Source of the DNA: Nitrospirota bacterium
Lineage (GTDB): Bacteria; Nitrospirota; UBA9217
Assembly (NCBI GenBank): GCA_029858565.1
Contig: JAOUEV010000001.1
Span: 64,001 to 128,000, forward strand
Reading direction: 5' to 3'
DNA length: 64,000 nucleotides
Of this stretch, positions 32,874 through 41,635 are shown piece after piece; the stretch's first letter is position 1, and each line of letters starts with the position of its first letter. The notes under the pieces are model-generated. The model worked only from the letters and a program-made list of their open reading frames with translations. It had not been told where the DNA came from and did no database searches. Made by a program: the position numbers and the translations under genes.

Positions 32874-33482
32874 ATGTCCATCCCTGAGAACGAACAAGCG
32901 GAGCGCGAGGTCAAGATCCGCAGCATACTGCAGGAGGAACTGCAGGACGGCGAGGACCTTGCGAACGAGGCCCGGAGCATGGTCGGCTATCTTCTGCGGG
33001 AGAAGAAAGGATATGCTGCCGAGGACATCCGGAAGGGGCTGGCCTTTGAGGTGCAGCTCGGCGCTGAGACGGCGTGGTCGTCCGCTGACTTCCTTGTGTC
33101 GCTGAACGGCCGGATGGCCATGATCATCAAGTGCGCAGCGGGATCGCTCGACTCGCGGGAGCGCCAGGCTGTGGCCGCGGCGCGGGTCATTGCGTCTCCG
33201 CCGCTGCCGGTCGCGGTCGTTGCGGACCCGGTGCATGCAGAGGTGCTGGACGTGGCGAGCGGCAAGGTAGTGGGGGAAGGGTTCGGTGCGATCCCAACCA
33301 AAGAACAATTGACCGCGCTTGTCGCCAGCAAGGCTATGACGCCGCTCGATCCGAAACGGCTTGAGAAGGAGAAGCGCATCCTCCTGGCTTTTGACGCCAT
33401 CAAGTGCTGCGTGCCCCAGGGCGGGGACGGCAAGGGCGTCAATCTGCCGCGGGACGGCGGCGACCGTTGCTCCCCGAAGTAA
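32874..33482 (+). CDS. stand-alone HsdR N-terminal-like (PD-(D/E)xK fold) protein
   Basis: YLL.EKGY..EDI, ADFLV..MIIKC..GSL..RERQAVAAAR. Confidence 0.65.
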   Translation: MSIPENEQAEREVKIRSILQEELQDGEDLANEARSMVGYLLREKKGYAAEDIRKGLAFEVQLGAETAWSSADFLVSLNGRMAMIIKCAAGSLDSRERQAVAAARVIASPPLPVAVVADPVHAEVLDVASGKVVGEGFGAIPTKEQLTALVASKAMTPLDPKRLEKEKRILLAFDAIKCCVPQGGDGKGVNLPRDGGDRCSPK

Positions 33483-33556
33483 ATTCCCCTGAAAGCTGAA
33501 GGGTCCCGGAGTTCCGGCGTTTTTCCCGTCGTTAATCCGGACTTCCATTGCCCACT

Positions 33557-36500
33557 ATGCCGCGGCGAATATCCATAGCAAAACTCTCGATTCCCTCGAC
33601 CAAGGGCAGCGTGGCGCGCACGCGGCTGTTCAAATCGCTCGACGAGGGCTCCCGCCCGGTCACCTGGATATCGGGACCCGCGGGATCGGGGAAAACGACG
33701 CTCATCGCGAGCTATTGCGCCGTCCGCAGGCTCCCGACCCTGTGGTACCGCGCCGACGCGGGCGACGGGGACCCTGCGACGTTCTTCTATTATCTCGGCC
33801 TCGCGGCACGGAAGGCGGCGCCGCGCAGGCGCAAGCCCCTGCCGCTGTTCACGCCGGAGTATTTTCTGGGAGCGGCGGTGTTTGCGCAGCGATACTTCGA
33901 GGAGCTCTTCGGCCGCCTTCCCTCCCGCGCCGCGATCGTGATCGACGATTACCACACCGTCGCTCCCGATTCTCCTTTGCATGCGATGACGGCGGCGGGA
34001 TTCGGCGTGCTGCCGGAGGGCATCCGGGTGTTCGTCACGAGCCGGAGCGGCCCGCCGGAGATGCTTGCGGGGCTGCGCGCGCAGGGGCGCATAGACATGC
34101 TCGGCTGGGAGGACTTGAAATTTACCCGGGAAGAGACCCGGGCGCTGGTGAGGAATGCGGGCCATGCGCGGCCGGCCCCGGACCTGGTCGCCGGGCTCCG
34201 GGCGACCACCGACGGGTGGAGCGCGGGCCTGGCGCTGCTCCTGGAACGGATGAAGAAGAGGCCCCTGGCCGGTCTCGCGGCTTCCCACCACTCCCGGGAG
34301 GAGATATTCGACTATTTCGCATCCCAGATCCTGGCTACGCTCGACGAAGAACGCAGGGCGTTCCTCCTGACGACGGCGCTTTTGCCGGAAATGACGGCGG
34401 CCGCGGCGGAAGATCTGAGCGGCGCCCCGCGCGCCTCGCGGATACTCTCGGACTTCGCGCGGGACCAGTTCTTTACGACAAGGCACGCGCGGAACGACGA
34501 CGTGTACCTCTACCATCCGCTCTTCCGGGAGTTTCTGACCGTCCGGGCGGAACGGGAGTTTTTGCCGGACCGGCTGCAGGCCCTCCGGAACCGGGCGGCC
34601 CGCATCCTGCAGCGCGAGGGAAGGTCCGAGGACGCCGCGGCGCTCATGGCTTCGGCAGGGGACTGGGACGGCCTCGCCGGGATCGTGCGCGAACAGGCGC
34701 CGGATCTCGTGCGCCAGGGACGGCACAAGACCGTCGAACACTGGCTGCTCCGCATGCCCGCGGAGGTCGTCGGCCGGTCCGGCTGGCTGTCGTACTGGCG
34801 CGCGGTCAGCGCCATGCCCTCCGATCTCACGGCGAGCCTGAACCTGTTCGAGCGCGCCTTCCGGCTGTTCGAAGCGGAAGGCGACCGGCCGGCGGCCCTG
34901 CTTGCCTGGTCGGGCGCGGTGGAAGCGATTTTTCTGGAGCGGGGGGATTTCACCAGGCTCGATCCATGGCTTGCATGGATCGACGAAATTCTCGGTGATG
35001 AGCCGGAGTTCCCCTCCGCCGAGGCGGAGGTCCGGGTCGTCACGAGCGTCGTCATCGCGCTGACCTTCCGGCGGCCGGACCATCCCCGCGTCTGCGCGTG
35101 GGCGGACCGTGCCTTCACCCTGGCGCAGCGAAACATCGACACCGGCGCCCGGATGTCCCTTGCGAATGTCCTCGTCTTTTTCGCCGTTCTATTCGGCGAT
35201 TTCACGAAGGTGTCCTTCCTCCTCGGCATGATCCGGCCGCTTGTCAGGACGGCCGATATCCATCCGCTCACCGCGATTCTCTGGCTCTCCATCGATGCCT
35301 GCGCCCGTTACTGGGTTGACGTGTCCAGCAAGGAGTCGCTCCGGGCCGTGGATGCGGGCATGGCGACTGCGCGCTCCAGCGGAGTGCGGGTTCTCGACTT
35401 CGTTCTCGCGGCCCAGGGAGCGCACGCAGCCATCGCGGCGGGGGACGTCGAAACAGCGCAGCGGTTCCTCGATGAAATGGCGCCGGTCATGGCCACTTCG
35501 CGTTTGACCGATCAGGCGAATTTTTACTATCTGCTGGCCTGGCTGGACCTCTACCGGGGAGATTCTCGTGCGGCGGCGCGGCACGCGGAGAGGGGAATCC
35601 AATTGGCCGCGGAAGCGGGAGCGGCCATTCCCGTCATTGCCACGCGAACCGGCCTGTCCCATGCGCTCATGAGCCTGGGAGACAATGATGCAGCTGAGAA
35701 ACAGATTTCCCTGGCGCGGTGCACGGCCGCCGGCATCCCGAGCATGCAGATGGAACTGATTCTGCTCTTTGCTGAAGCGCGGCTTGCCTTTCTTCGCGGA
35801 GCGGAGAAGGCCGGACGGTCCGTTCTCCGGAAAGCCCTGGTGCTGAGCCGCGACAACCGTTACTGGAATATGCCCTACTGGACGCCCGGCATCATGACGC
35901 CGCTTTGCATCAAAGCGCTCGACGGGGGTATCGAGAGAGAGTATGTCCGTGAGCTGATCAGGAAGCGAAATCTCTTTCCCGAAGAGTCGTTGCTCCTGAC
36001 GGAGAATTGGCCCTGGCCCGTCGAAATCCGCACCCTGGGCAGGTTTGAGATCGTTGTCGACGGGAAGCCGCACCGGTCGCCCGGGAAAGTGCAGCAACGG
36101 CCGCTGCAGCTCCTGAAAGCGCTGATCGCATTCGGCGCGCGCGAAGTGAGCCAGCCCAGTCTGAACGACGCGCTCTGGCCCGACGCGGACGGCGATTTGG
36201 CGAACCAGGCCTTTAAGACGACCCTGCACCGTCTGCGGCAGCTTCTGGGGAACGAGAAGGCCGTCGTCGTGAGCGACGGATTGGTGACCCTTGATCAGCG
36301 TCATTGCCGCGTTGATGTCCTGGTCTTCGAGCAACTGGCCGGCGAGGCCGCCGCTGCTTCGTCAGCGGGAGCAACGGACCAGGCCCGGGTCTTGCTCGAA
36401 AAGGCGGCGGCACTGTACACGGGCACCTTCCTTCCTGCGGAGGAGGGGAGCGTCTGGGCTGTTTCGCTTCGCGAGCGGCTGAAGGCGGGGTATCTGAAAA

Positions 36501-36754
36501 CCATTGTCCGGCTCGGCGCGCTGTATGCCTCGTCCTCGAACTGGGACAAGGCCGCGGATTGTTACCAGAAAGCACTGGATACGGACGATCTTGCCGAGGA
36601 GTTTTACCTCGGCCTGATGGAGTGTCATATCAGGCGGGGCCGGCCCGCCGAGGCTGCCCGCGTCTATGCCCGCTGCCGGAACAGGCTCATGGCTGCGCTG
36701 GGAGTCGGTCCGTCGCAGACCATCGAAGAACTTCACGCACGCCTGAAACGCTGA
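33557..36754 (+). CDS. large transcriptional activator: MalT-like STAND NTPase + TPR-like region + SARP-type wHTH/BTAD
   Basis: R.RL..GPAGSGKTT..IDDYH..TSR..L.FT.EE..GW..GL..YHPLFREFL; C-terminal IRTLGRF..DALWPD..TTLHRLRQLL..LYTG.FL..E.FY..LM. Confidence 0.88.
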   Translation: MPRRISIAKLSIPSTKGSVARTRLFKSLDEGSRPVTWISGPAGSGKTTLIASYCAVRRLPTLWYRADAGDGDPATFFYYLGLAARKAAPRRRKPLPLFTPEYFLGAAVFAQRYFEELFGRLPSRAAIVIDDYHTVAPDSPLHAMTAAGFGVLPEGIRVFVTSRSGPPEMLAGLRAQGRIDMLGWEDLKFTREETRALVRNAGHARPAPDLVAGLRATTDGWSAGLALLLERMKKRPLAGLAASHHSREEIFDYFASQILATLDEERRAFLLTTALLPEMTAAAAEDLSGAPRASRILSDFARDQFFTTRHARNDDVYLYHPLFREFLTVRAEREFLPDRLQALRNRAARILQREGRSEDAAALMASAGDWDGLAGIVREQAPDLVRQGRHKTVEHWLLRMPAEVVGRSGWLSYWRAVSAMPSDLTASLNLFERAFRLFEAEGDRPAALLAWSGAVEAIFLERGDFTRLDPWLAWIDEILGDEPEFPSAEAEVRVVTSVVIALTFRRPDHPRVCAWADRAFTLAQRNIDTGARMSLANVLVFFAVLFGDFTKVSFLLGMIRPLVRTADIHPLTAILWLSIDACARYWVDVSSKESLRAVDAGMATARSSGVRVLDFVLAAQGAHAAIAAGDVETAQRFLDEMAPVMATSRLTDQANFYYLLAWLDLYRGDSRAAARHAERGIQLAAEAGAAIPVIATRTGLSHALMSLGDNDAAEKQISLARCTAAGIPSMQMELILLFAEARLAFLRGAEKAGRSVLRKALVLSRDNRYWNMPYWTPGIMTPLCIKALDGGIEREYVRELIRKRNLFPEESLLLTENWPWPVEIRTLGRFEIVVDGKPHRSPGKVQQRPLQLLKALIAFGAREVSQPSLNDALWPDADGDLANQAFKTTLHRLRQLLGNEKAVVVSDGLVTLDQRHCRVDVLVFEQLAGEAAAASSAGATDQARVLLEKAAALYTGTFLPAEEGSVWAVSLRERLKAGYLKTIVRLGALYASSSNWDKAADCYQKALDTDDLAEEFYLGLMECHIRRGRPAEAARVYARCRNRLMAALGVGPSQTIEELHARLKR

Positions 36755-36963
36755 TAAACCGCATTGTTTTTTCTGCATTTTCAAACCGCCCTGAGAGCAG
36801 CCATATTTCCCCGCTGTGCCACAATCGGTTCATCGCATCCGTAACCTATCCGTAACCTGTCCTCTTGTAGTATTCCCCATAGTGAATAACGACGAGTCCC
36901 CTGTCAAGCCGGCGCTGGGCGCTGGCAGGGACACGCCTAACCCGGACAAGCCGGAACTATAAA
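36736..36963 (+). repeat. ~228-bp direct repeat copy 1 (regulator 3' end + promoter + leader)
   Basis: Near-identical to 39611-39838. Confidence 0.9.
36837..36873 (+). promoter_or_regulatory. tandem 11-bp boxes ATCCGTAACCT x2 followed by -10 TAGTAT (putative SARP-activated promoter)
   Basis: ATCCGTAACCT-ATCCGTAACCT-gtcctcttg-TAGTAT; no canonical -35 box. Confidence 0.6.
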
Positions 36964-36982
36964 ACCAAAGGAGGTAATTATT

Positions 36983-38086
36983 ATGAAAAAGAGACATTTC
37001 GGGTTTTTTGCGGCATTGGTCTTGTGTTTATCATTGATAGCGGCCGCCTGCGGCGGGGGCGGCGGAGGGGGCATCCCGTCGGCGGCTACGCTTACCTCCA
37101 TCGCCGTAACTCCTGCCACCCCGAGCATTGCTCTGGGGACAACGCAGCAGTTCGCTGCCACGGGAACGTTTTCGGACGGAAGCACACAAAACCTGACCAC
37201 ACAGGTTGGCTGGAGCTCTTCGGACACGGGAAAGGCGACCATCAACAGCGCCGGCCTTGCCACGTCAGTTGCCGTCGGGACAACGACTGTCACGGCGACT
37301 TCAGGCAACATCGTGGGAACCGCCACTTTGACGGTAACCAACGCGACGCTCGCATCCATCGCCGTAACGCCGGCAACCGCGAGCATCGCTACGGGCGCGA
37401 CCCAGCAGTTCACTGCCAGGGGGACCTACTCGGACGGCAGCGCGAAGGATATCACGGCGTCGGTGACGTGGGCCTCATCGGACGTCACGCGGGCAACCGT
37501 GAGCGCGGCGGGATTGGCGACTGCGGCTTCAAATGCCGCCGGCTCGACCACTATCACGGCGACCTCGGGAAGCGTCTCGGGGAGCGCCGTGCTCAAGATC
37601 ATCGTCAATCTCCCCAAGACCGGCCAGGTCACATCATACGGCACGGGGTCGATCGACGATGGCGCATTGCAAAGAGGCGTTGCCTGGCCGACTCCGAGGT
37701 TCACCGCCGGAACGGGCGCAGAGGTTGACTGCGTGACCGACAACCTCACCGGGCTCATGTGGGTAAAGGCGCCGGATTCCACCATTACAAGGACATGGCA
37801 GGAGGCGCTGGACTATGCCAATGGTTTGGACCTTTGCGGCCACACCGACTGGCGGCTGCCGAACAAAAAGGAACTCAGGAGCCTTGCCAACTATGGGGAG
37901 GCCGATGTAGCTACATGGCTGAACAACCAGGGATTCAGCAATGTGCAGGCAAGCTTCTACTGGTCGTCTACGACGTACGCCGGTCTTACGACGTTGGCAG
38001 GGTTCGTCAGCATGTTCAACGGCCTCATGGGCTACGACACTAAGGGCGGTAGCTACTACGCGTGGCCTGTGCGCTCCGGACAGTAG
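36983..38086 (+). CDS. lipoprotein: 2x Big_2 Ig domains + DUF1566/Lcl C-type-lectin-fold domain
   Basis: AAACGGGGGG lipobox; SIAVTPA..TQQF.A.GT.SDGS repeats; LPKTGQ..VTDNLTGLMW..DWRLPN.KEL..YWSST..WPVR. Confidence 0.88.
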   Translation: MKKRHFGFFAALVLCLSLIAAACGGGGGGGIPSAATLTSIAVTPATPSIALGTTQQFAATGTFSDGSTQNLTTQVGWSSSDTGKATINSAGLATSVAVGTTTVTATSGNIVGTATLTVTNATLASIAVTPATASIATGATQQFTARGTYSDGSAKDITASVTWASSDVTRATVSAAGLATAASNAAGSTTITATSGSVSGSAVLKIIVNLPKTGQVTSYGTGSIDDGALQRGVAWPTPRFTAGTGAEVDCVTDNLTGLMWVKAPDSTITRTWQEALDYANGLDLCGHTDWRLPNKKELRSLANYGEADVATWLNNQGFSNVQASFYWSSTTYAGLTTLAGFVSMFNGLMGYDTKGGSYYAWPVRSGQ

Positions 38087-38125
38087 GTTATTCGGCCATT
38101 TGGTCATTTGAGGTTTCGGCGAATC

Positions 38126-38295
38126 ATGGCGCAATATGAGCATTTGCCCATATATAAAAAAGGCGATGGATTTGGCCATATACATCGAAAACATCGTCAG
38201 GGGTTTTTCGAGATACCACAAGTACATCCTGGGCACGGACCTGCGGAACCTGTCCCGCACGGTTGTGCGGCTGATCATCAGGGCGAATTCCGAAA
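38126..38295 (+). pseudogene. Avd-like four-helix-bundle gene, frameshifted and truncated
   Basis: MAQYEHLPIYKK, +1 A in the A run at 38156-38161, then AMDLAIYIENIVRGFSRYHKYILGTDLRNLSR..IIRANS, ending at the next gene's RBS. Confidence 0.75.
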
Positions 38296-38307
38296 GGAGG
38301 AATCAAT

Positions 38308-38913
38308 ATGTTGAAGAAAATTATGATGCTTGCGGTTGTAATGGTGTTTGCGGCTGTTGCGGCGTATGCCGCGCCCGCGGATATTCCCAAGACCGGGCAG
38401 ACAAAGTGCTATAACACTGCAGGAGCGGAGATTGCCTGCGCTAACACCGGGCAGGACGGCGACAAGCTGGCAGGCGTTGCCTGGCCGACTCCGAGGTTCA
38501 CGGTCGGAACAGGCGCAGAAGTTGACTGCGTAACCGACAACCTTACCGGGCTCATGTGGGTAAAGGCGCCGGATCCCACCGGAAGGACATGGCAGGAGGC
38601 GCTGGACTATGCCGATGGTTTGGACCTTTGCGGCCACACCGACTGGCGGCTGCCGAACGTGAATGAGCTCGAAAGCCTTCTCCATGCGGAATACACGAAT
38701 ACAACATTGTGCGGCGGCGCAGGGTGTAGTGACAACGCCGCGTGGCTGAACACCCAGGGCTTCAGCAATGTGCAGGCTCACTACTACTGGTCGTCCAGTA
38801 CGTATGCCGCTGATACGACGTTAGCATGGCTCGTCCATATGGTCTTCGGCGGCGTGTACAGCGACGATAAGACCTCTATATTCAACGTGTGGCCTGTGCG
38901 CGCCGGACACTAG
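38308..38913 (+). CDS. secreted DUF1566/Lcl protein
   Basis: Signal peptide (AAYA), IPKTGQ..TDNLTGLMW..WRLPNVNEL..YWSSS..WPVR. Core nearly identical to 37676-37864. Confidence 0.88.
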   Translation: MLKKIMMLAVVMVFAAVAAYAAPADIPKTGQTKCYNTAGAEIACANTGQDGDKLAGVAWPTPRFTVGTGAEVDCVTDNLTGLMWVKAPDPTGRTWQEALDYADGLDLCGHTDWRLPNVNELESLLHAEYTNTTLCGGAGCSDNAAWLNTQGFSNVQAHYYWSSSTYAADTTLAWLVHMVFGGVYSDDKTSIFNVWPVRAGH

Positions 38914-39116
38914 GCCGCTGCCGGTCTTGCCAATGCGGCAAAATTCAAGCATTGGATACCGGCGATGCGGTCTACGACAAATGCAGCAATTGGGCGGACG
39001 GAATCAGCGCAACAGCAGGTATATCAGGTTTGCCGTATACGACGAATATTTATTGGACATACGGCGCCTATCTGACCTGCGATATGGAGGCGTTGCTCTA
39101 TTACCTGGAAGACTGA
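38914..39116 (+). pseudogene. 3' remnant of a DUF1554-like paralog of 41956-44109
   Basis: 38914-38948 matches ~43717-43752, then C..W.D..G..G.PY..N..WT..TCD..LY.LED* with the same downstream UTR. Confidence 0.75.
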
Positions 39117-39151
39117 GTTTTCGCAGGAATCAGGAAGACACGTAGTGCTTT

Positions 39152-39181
39152 GCGGCCGCCCTCCGGGGCGGCCGTTTCTTT
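39152..39181 (+). terminator. intrinsic terminator (intron target site)
   Basis: GCGGCCGCCC-TCCG-GGGCGGCCGT-TTCTTT. Confidence 0.85.
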
Positions 39182-39184
39182 GTG

Positions 39185-39535
39185 GTGCGCCCGGCAGGGC
39201 GCACACCCTTGGAGGTGAAAGTCCTCTACGGACCCTGATGACGGGAACCGTTAGCTGAACCGCAAGGGCTGCCGGGCTCACCGGGGTCTGAAGGAAGCGG
39301 TAAGCAAATCTCCGGCCCGAAGAACATGAAGCGCATACAAGGCGCCGCGTCTGGGCGAGACGGCCATAAGATTCAAAGCCCGATAGTCATTCGGAAGGCG
39401 CGGAAGTAGATGCGACGGGTATATGGGGTGAAAGTGGGTGCGCAATACCCGGGGAGGTCTGCGCGTCATGCGGTAGGAGCGTCGTGAGGGAGTCCGGGGA
39501 CGGGTCAGCCCGGCAACCAAGACCCAGGCGCAGCA
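39185..39535 (+). mobile_element. group II (class IIC-like) intron 5' fragment (domains I-II), no RT ORF
   Basis: GTGCGCCCGGCAGGGCGCA..GGTGAAAGTCC..GGAAGCGGTAAGCAAA..GAAAGTGGGTGCGCAATACCCGGGGAGGTCTG, immediately after a terminator. Confidence 0.82.
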
Positions 39536-39610
39536 GCGGCTGTCATCTGCAGCGAGTCCCCTTAAGGCAGGGGAAATACGAACCAGACAGCATCTCAGGA
39601 CGAATCCTCC

Positions 39611-39838
39611 AGCACGCCTGAAACGCTGATAAATCGCATTGTTTTTTCTGCATTTTCAAACCGCCCTGGGAACAGCCATATTTCCCCGCTGTGCCGCAAT
39701 CGGTTCATCGCATCCGTAACCTATCCGTAACCTGTCCTGTTGTAGTATCCCCCAAGTGAAAAACGACGGGCCCCCCTTTCAAGCTGGCGCTGGGCGCCGG
39801 CAGGGACACGCATAACCCGGACAAGCCGGAACCATAAA
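39611..39838 (+). repeat. ~228-bp direct repeat copy 2 (promoter with tandem ATCCGTAACCT boxes + leader)
   Basis: Near-identical to 36736-36963. Confidence 0.9.
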
Positions 39839-39934
39839 TCCGATACTATTCACCACGGATGCACGCGGATGAGCACGGACAAAACTTAAGATAAACGCCT
39901 TTATCAATAAGCCATAAATAAGGAGGGAAGGGAA

Positions 39935-41053
39935 ATGAAGATGCTATTGAGGCTTTCTTTCACAGTATTGCTGGCAGTCATGGCTCTATCCGGGTGCGGC
40001 GGAGGTGGTGGGGAAGGGGGCGGTGCTCCCGCGTCATCGGCCAAGGCCATTACCGCCTTTTCTCTCGACGGGGTTGCGGGGACAATAAATGAAACGGCAA
40101 AGACGATCTCCGTCACCATGCCGTACGGCACGAATGTCACGGCCCTGGTTGCGACGTTCACGAGCACCGGGGCGAGCGTAAAGGTAGGCTCGGCCGTCCA
40201 GACAAGCGGGACAACGGCGAATGACTTCACAAACCCCGTGTCATACACGGTAACGGCGGCGGACGGCACAATAGCGGCATATACCGTGACGGTGACCGTG
40301 GCCCTGAGCTCCGCCAAGGCCATTACCGCCTTTTCTCTCGACGGGGTTGCGGGGACAATAAATGAAACGGCAAAGACGATTTCCGTCGCAATGCCGTACG
40401 GCACGAATGTCACGGCTGTCACGGCCCTGGTTGCGACGTTCGCGACCACCGGGGAGAGCGTAACAGTAGGCTCGGCCGTCCAGACAAGCGGGACAACGGC
40501 GAATGACTTCACAAGCCCCGTGTCATACACGGTAACGGCGGCGGACGGTACAACGGCGACATATACCGTGACGGTGACAGTAGGCAAACTCCCGGATACC
40601 GGCCAAACGGGAGACTACACCGCTACCATCGGAGAAGACAGCGATTATACCATTAACTCTCCCTCTTACACTGATAACGGAGACGGCACAATCACCGACA
40701 ATGTCACGAAACTTACGTGGCAGAAGTGTTCCCCGGGACAAAGCGGAGCGGATTGCGCCGCCGGCACCGCGACGGAATATAGCTGGGACAATGCAGGTAC
40801 AGCCTGCGCCGGCCTTGGGACAGGCTGGCGTCTACCCACGCGCATGGAACTGCTCACAATAGCCGATTACGGGGTATCTGCCCCGGCAATAAACGGCGTT
40901 TCTTTCCCAGGCACGATCACATGGTACTACTGGACGTCCACTACTTACGCGGGCGGTACGACGAATGCGTGGGTCGTGGCCTTCGGCGGCGGCACCGCGG
41001 ACTGGTACGATAAGACTAGCGTGAACTATGTCCGTTGCGTGCGAGGACAGTGA
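39935..41053 (+). CDS. lipoprotein: 2x beta-sandwich repeats (DUF5018-like) + DUF1566/Lcl domain
   Basis: LSGCGGGGG; AKAITAFSL..YTVTAADG...YTVTVT twice; LPDTGQ..TDNGDGTITDNVTKLTWQ..GWRLPT..YWTST..YVRCVRGQ. Confidence 0.88.
   Translation: MKMLLRLSFTVLLAVMALSGCGGGGGEGGGAPASSAKAITAFSLDGVAGTINETAKTISVTMPYGTNVTALVATFTSTGASVKVGSAVQTSGTTANDFTNPVSYTVTAADGTIAAYTVTVTVALSSAKAITAFSLDGVAGTINETAKTISVAMPYGTNVTAVTALVATFATTGESVTVGSAVQTSGTTANDFTSPVSYTVTAADGTTATYTVTVTVGKLPDTGQTGDYTATIGEDSDYTINSPSYTDNGDGTITDNVTKLTWQKCSPGQSGADCAAGTATEYSWDNAGTACAGLGTGWRLPTRMELLTIADYGVSAPAINGVSFPGTITWYYWTSTTYAGGTTNAWVVAFGGGTADWYDKTSVNYVRCVRGQ
40040..40579 (+). repeat. intragenic tandem duplication, 273-bp period; second copy has a 9-bp (VTA) micro-duplication
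   Basis: 40040-40297 vs 40313-40579 nearly identical. Confidence 0.9.
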
Positions 41054-41087
41054 GTCGGTCATTTAAATTCAAAGGAGGGGGTTGTCT

Positions 41088-41558
41088 ATGAAGAGAGTCC
41101 TGATTTCTATTTTGGCGGCAGGGTTTCTTGGGTTGTATTGCGGCTATGCAAACGCGGGGAGCTACACGGACAACGGCAATGCAACCGTGACCGACAATAC
41201 CACCGGTCTCATGTGGCAACAATGTTCCGCGGGTCTGAGCGGCGCTAATTGCACTGCAGGCATACAAGCTATATACTCATGGGATGATGCAATAACCTAT
41301 TGCGAAGGCCTGTCGCTCGGCGGCTTTACAGACTGGCGTCTGCCGAACGTCAGGGAGTTGAGCTCTCTTGTTGACGTTTCGCGGGTCAACCAGTCTATTG
41401 ATCCCCTGTTTCCTGCTACGCAATCAGCCTTGTACTGGTCGTCCACTATTAACGCGGGCAATACGTTATACGCGTGGATCGTGGACTTCAACAGCGGCCG
41501 CGTGTACTACAACGCGGTGTTTAATACGAACTATATCCGTTGCGTGCGGGGACAGTGA
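41088..41558 (+). CDS. secreted DUF1566/Lcl protein
   Basis: AAGGAGG RBS, signal peptide, YTDNGNATVTDNTTGLMWQ..DWRLPNVRELSSL..YWSST..YIRCVRGQ. Confidence 0.88.
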   Translation: MKRVLISILAAGFLGLYCGYANAGSYTDNGNATVTDNTTGLMWQQCSAGLSGANCTAGIQAIYSWDDAITYCEGLSLGGFTDWRLPNVRELSSLVDVSRVNQSIDPLFPATQSALYWSSTINAGNTLYAWIVDFNSGRVYYNAVFNTNYIRCVRGQ

Positions 41559-41635
41559 GCCGGCGACTGGGTCATTGGGGTATCTGGGTATGAAGGGGGA
41601 GGGGGATGCCGCTATGCCAACATCCCCCTCGCATC

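Noticed and set aside
32874-33482. Missing N-terminal half of the hsdR fragment at 20024
   Set aside because: 12 kb away, in a host-like operon with groES, and the intervening helicase motifs are absent; treated as an independent stand-alone family.
39278-39520. 80-aa minus-strand ORF
   Set aside because: Antisense translation of the group II intron RNA domains.
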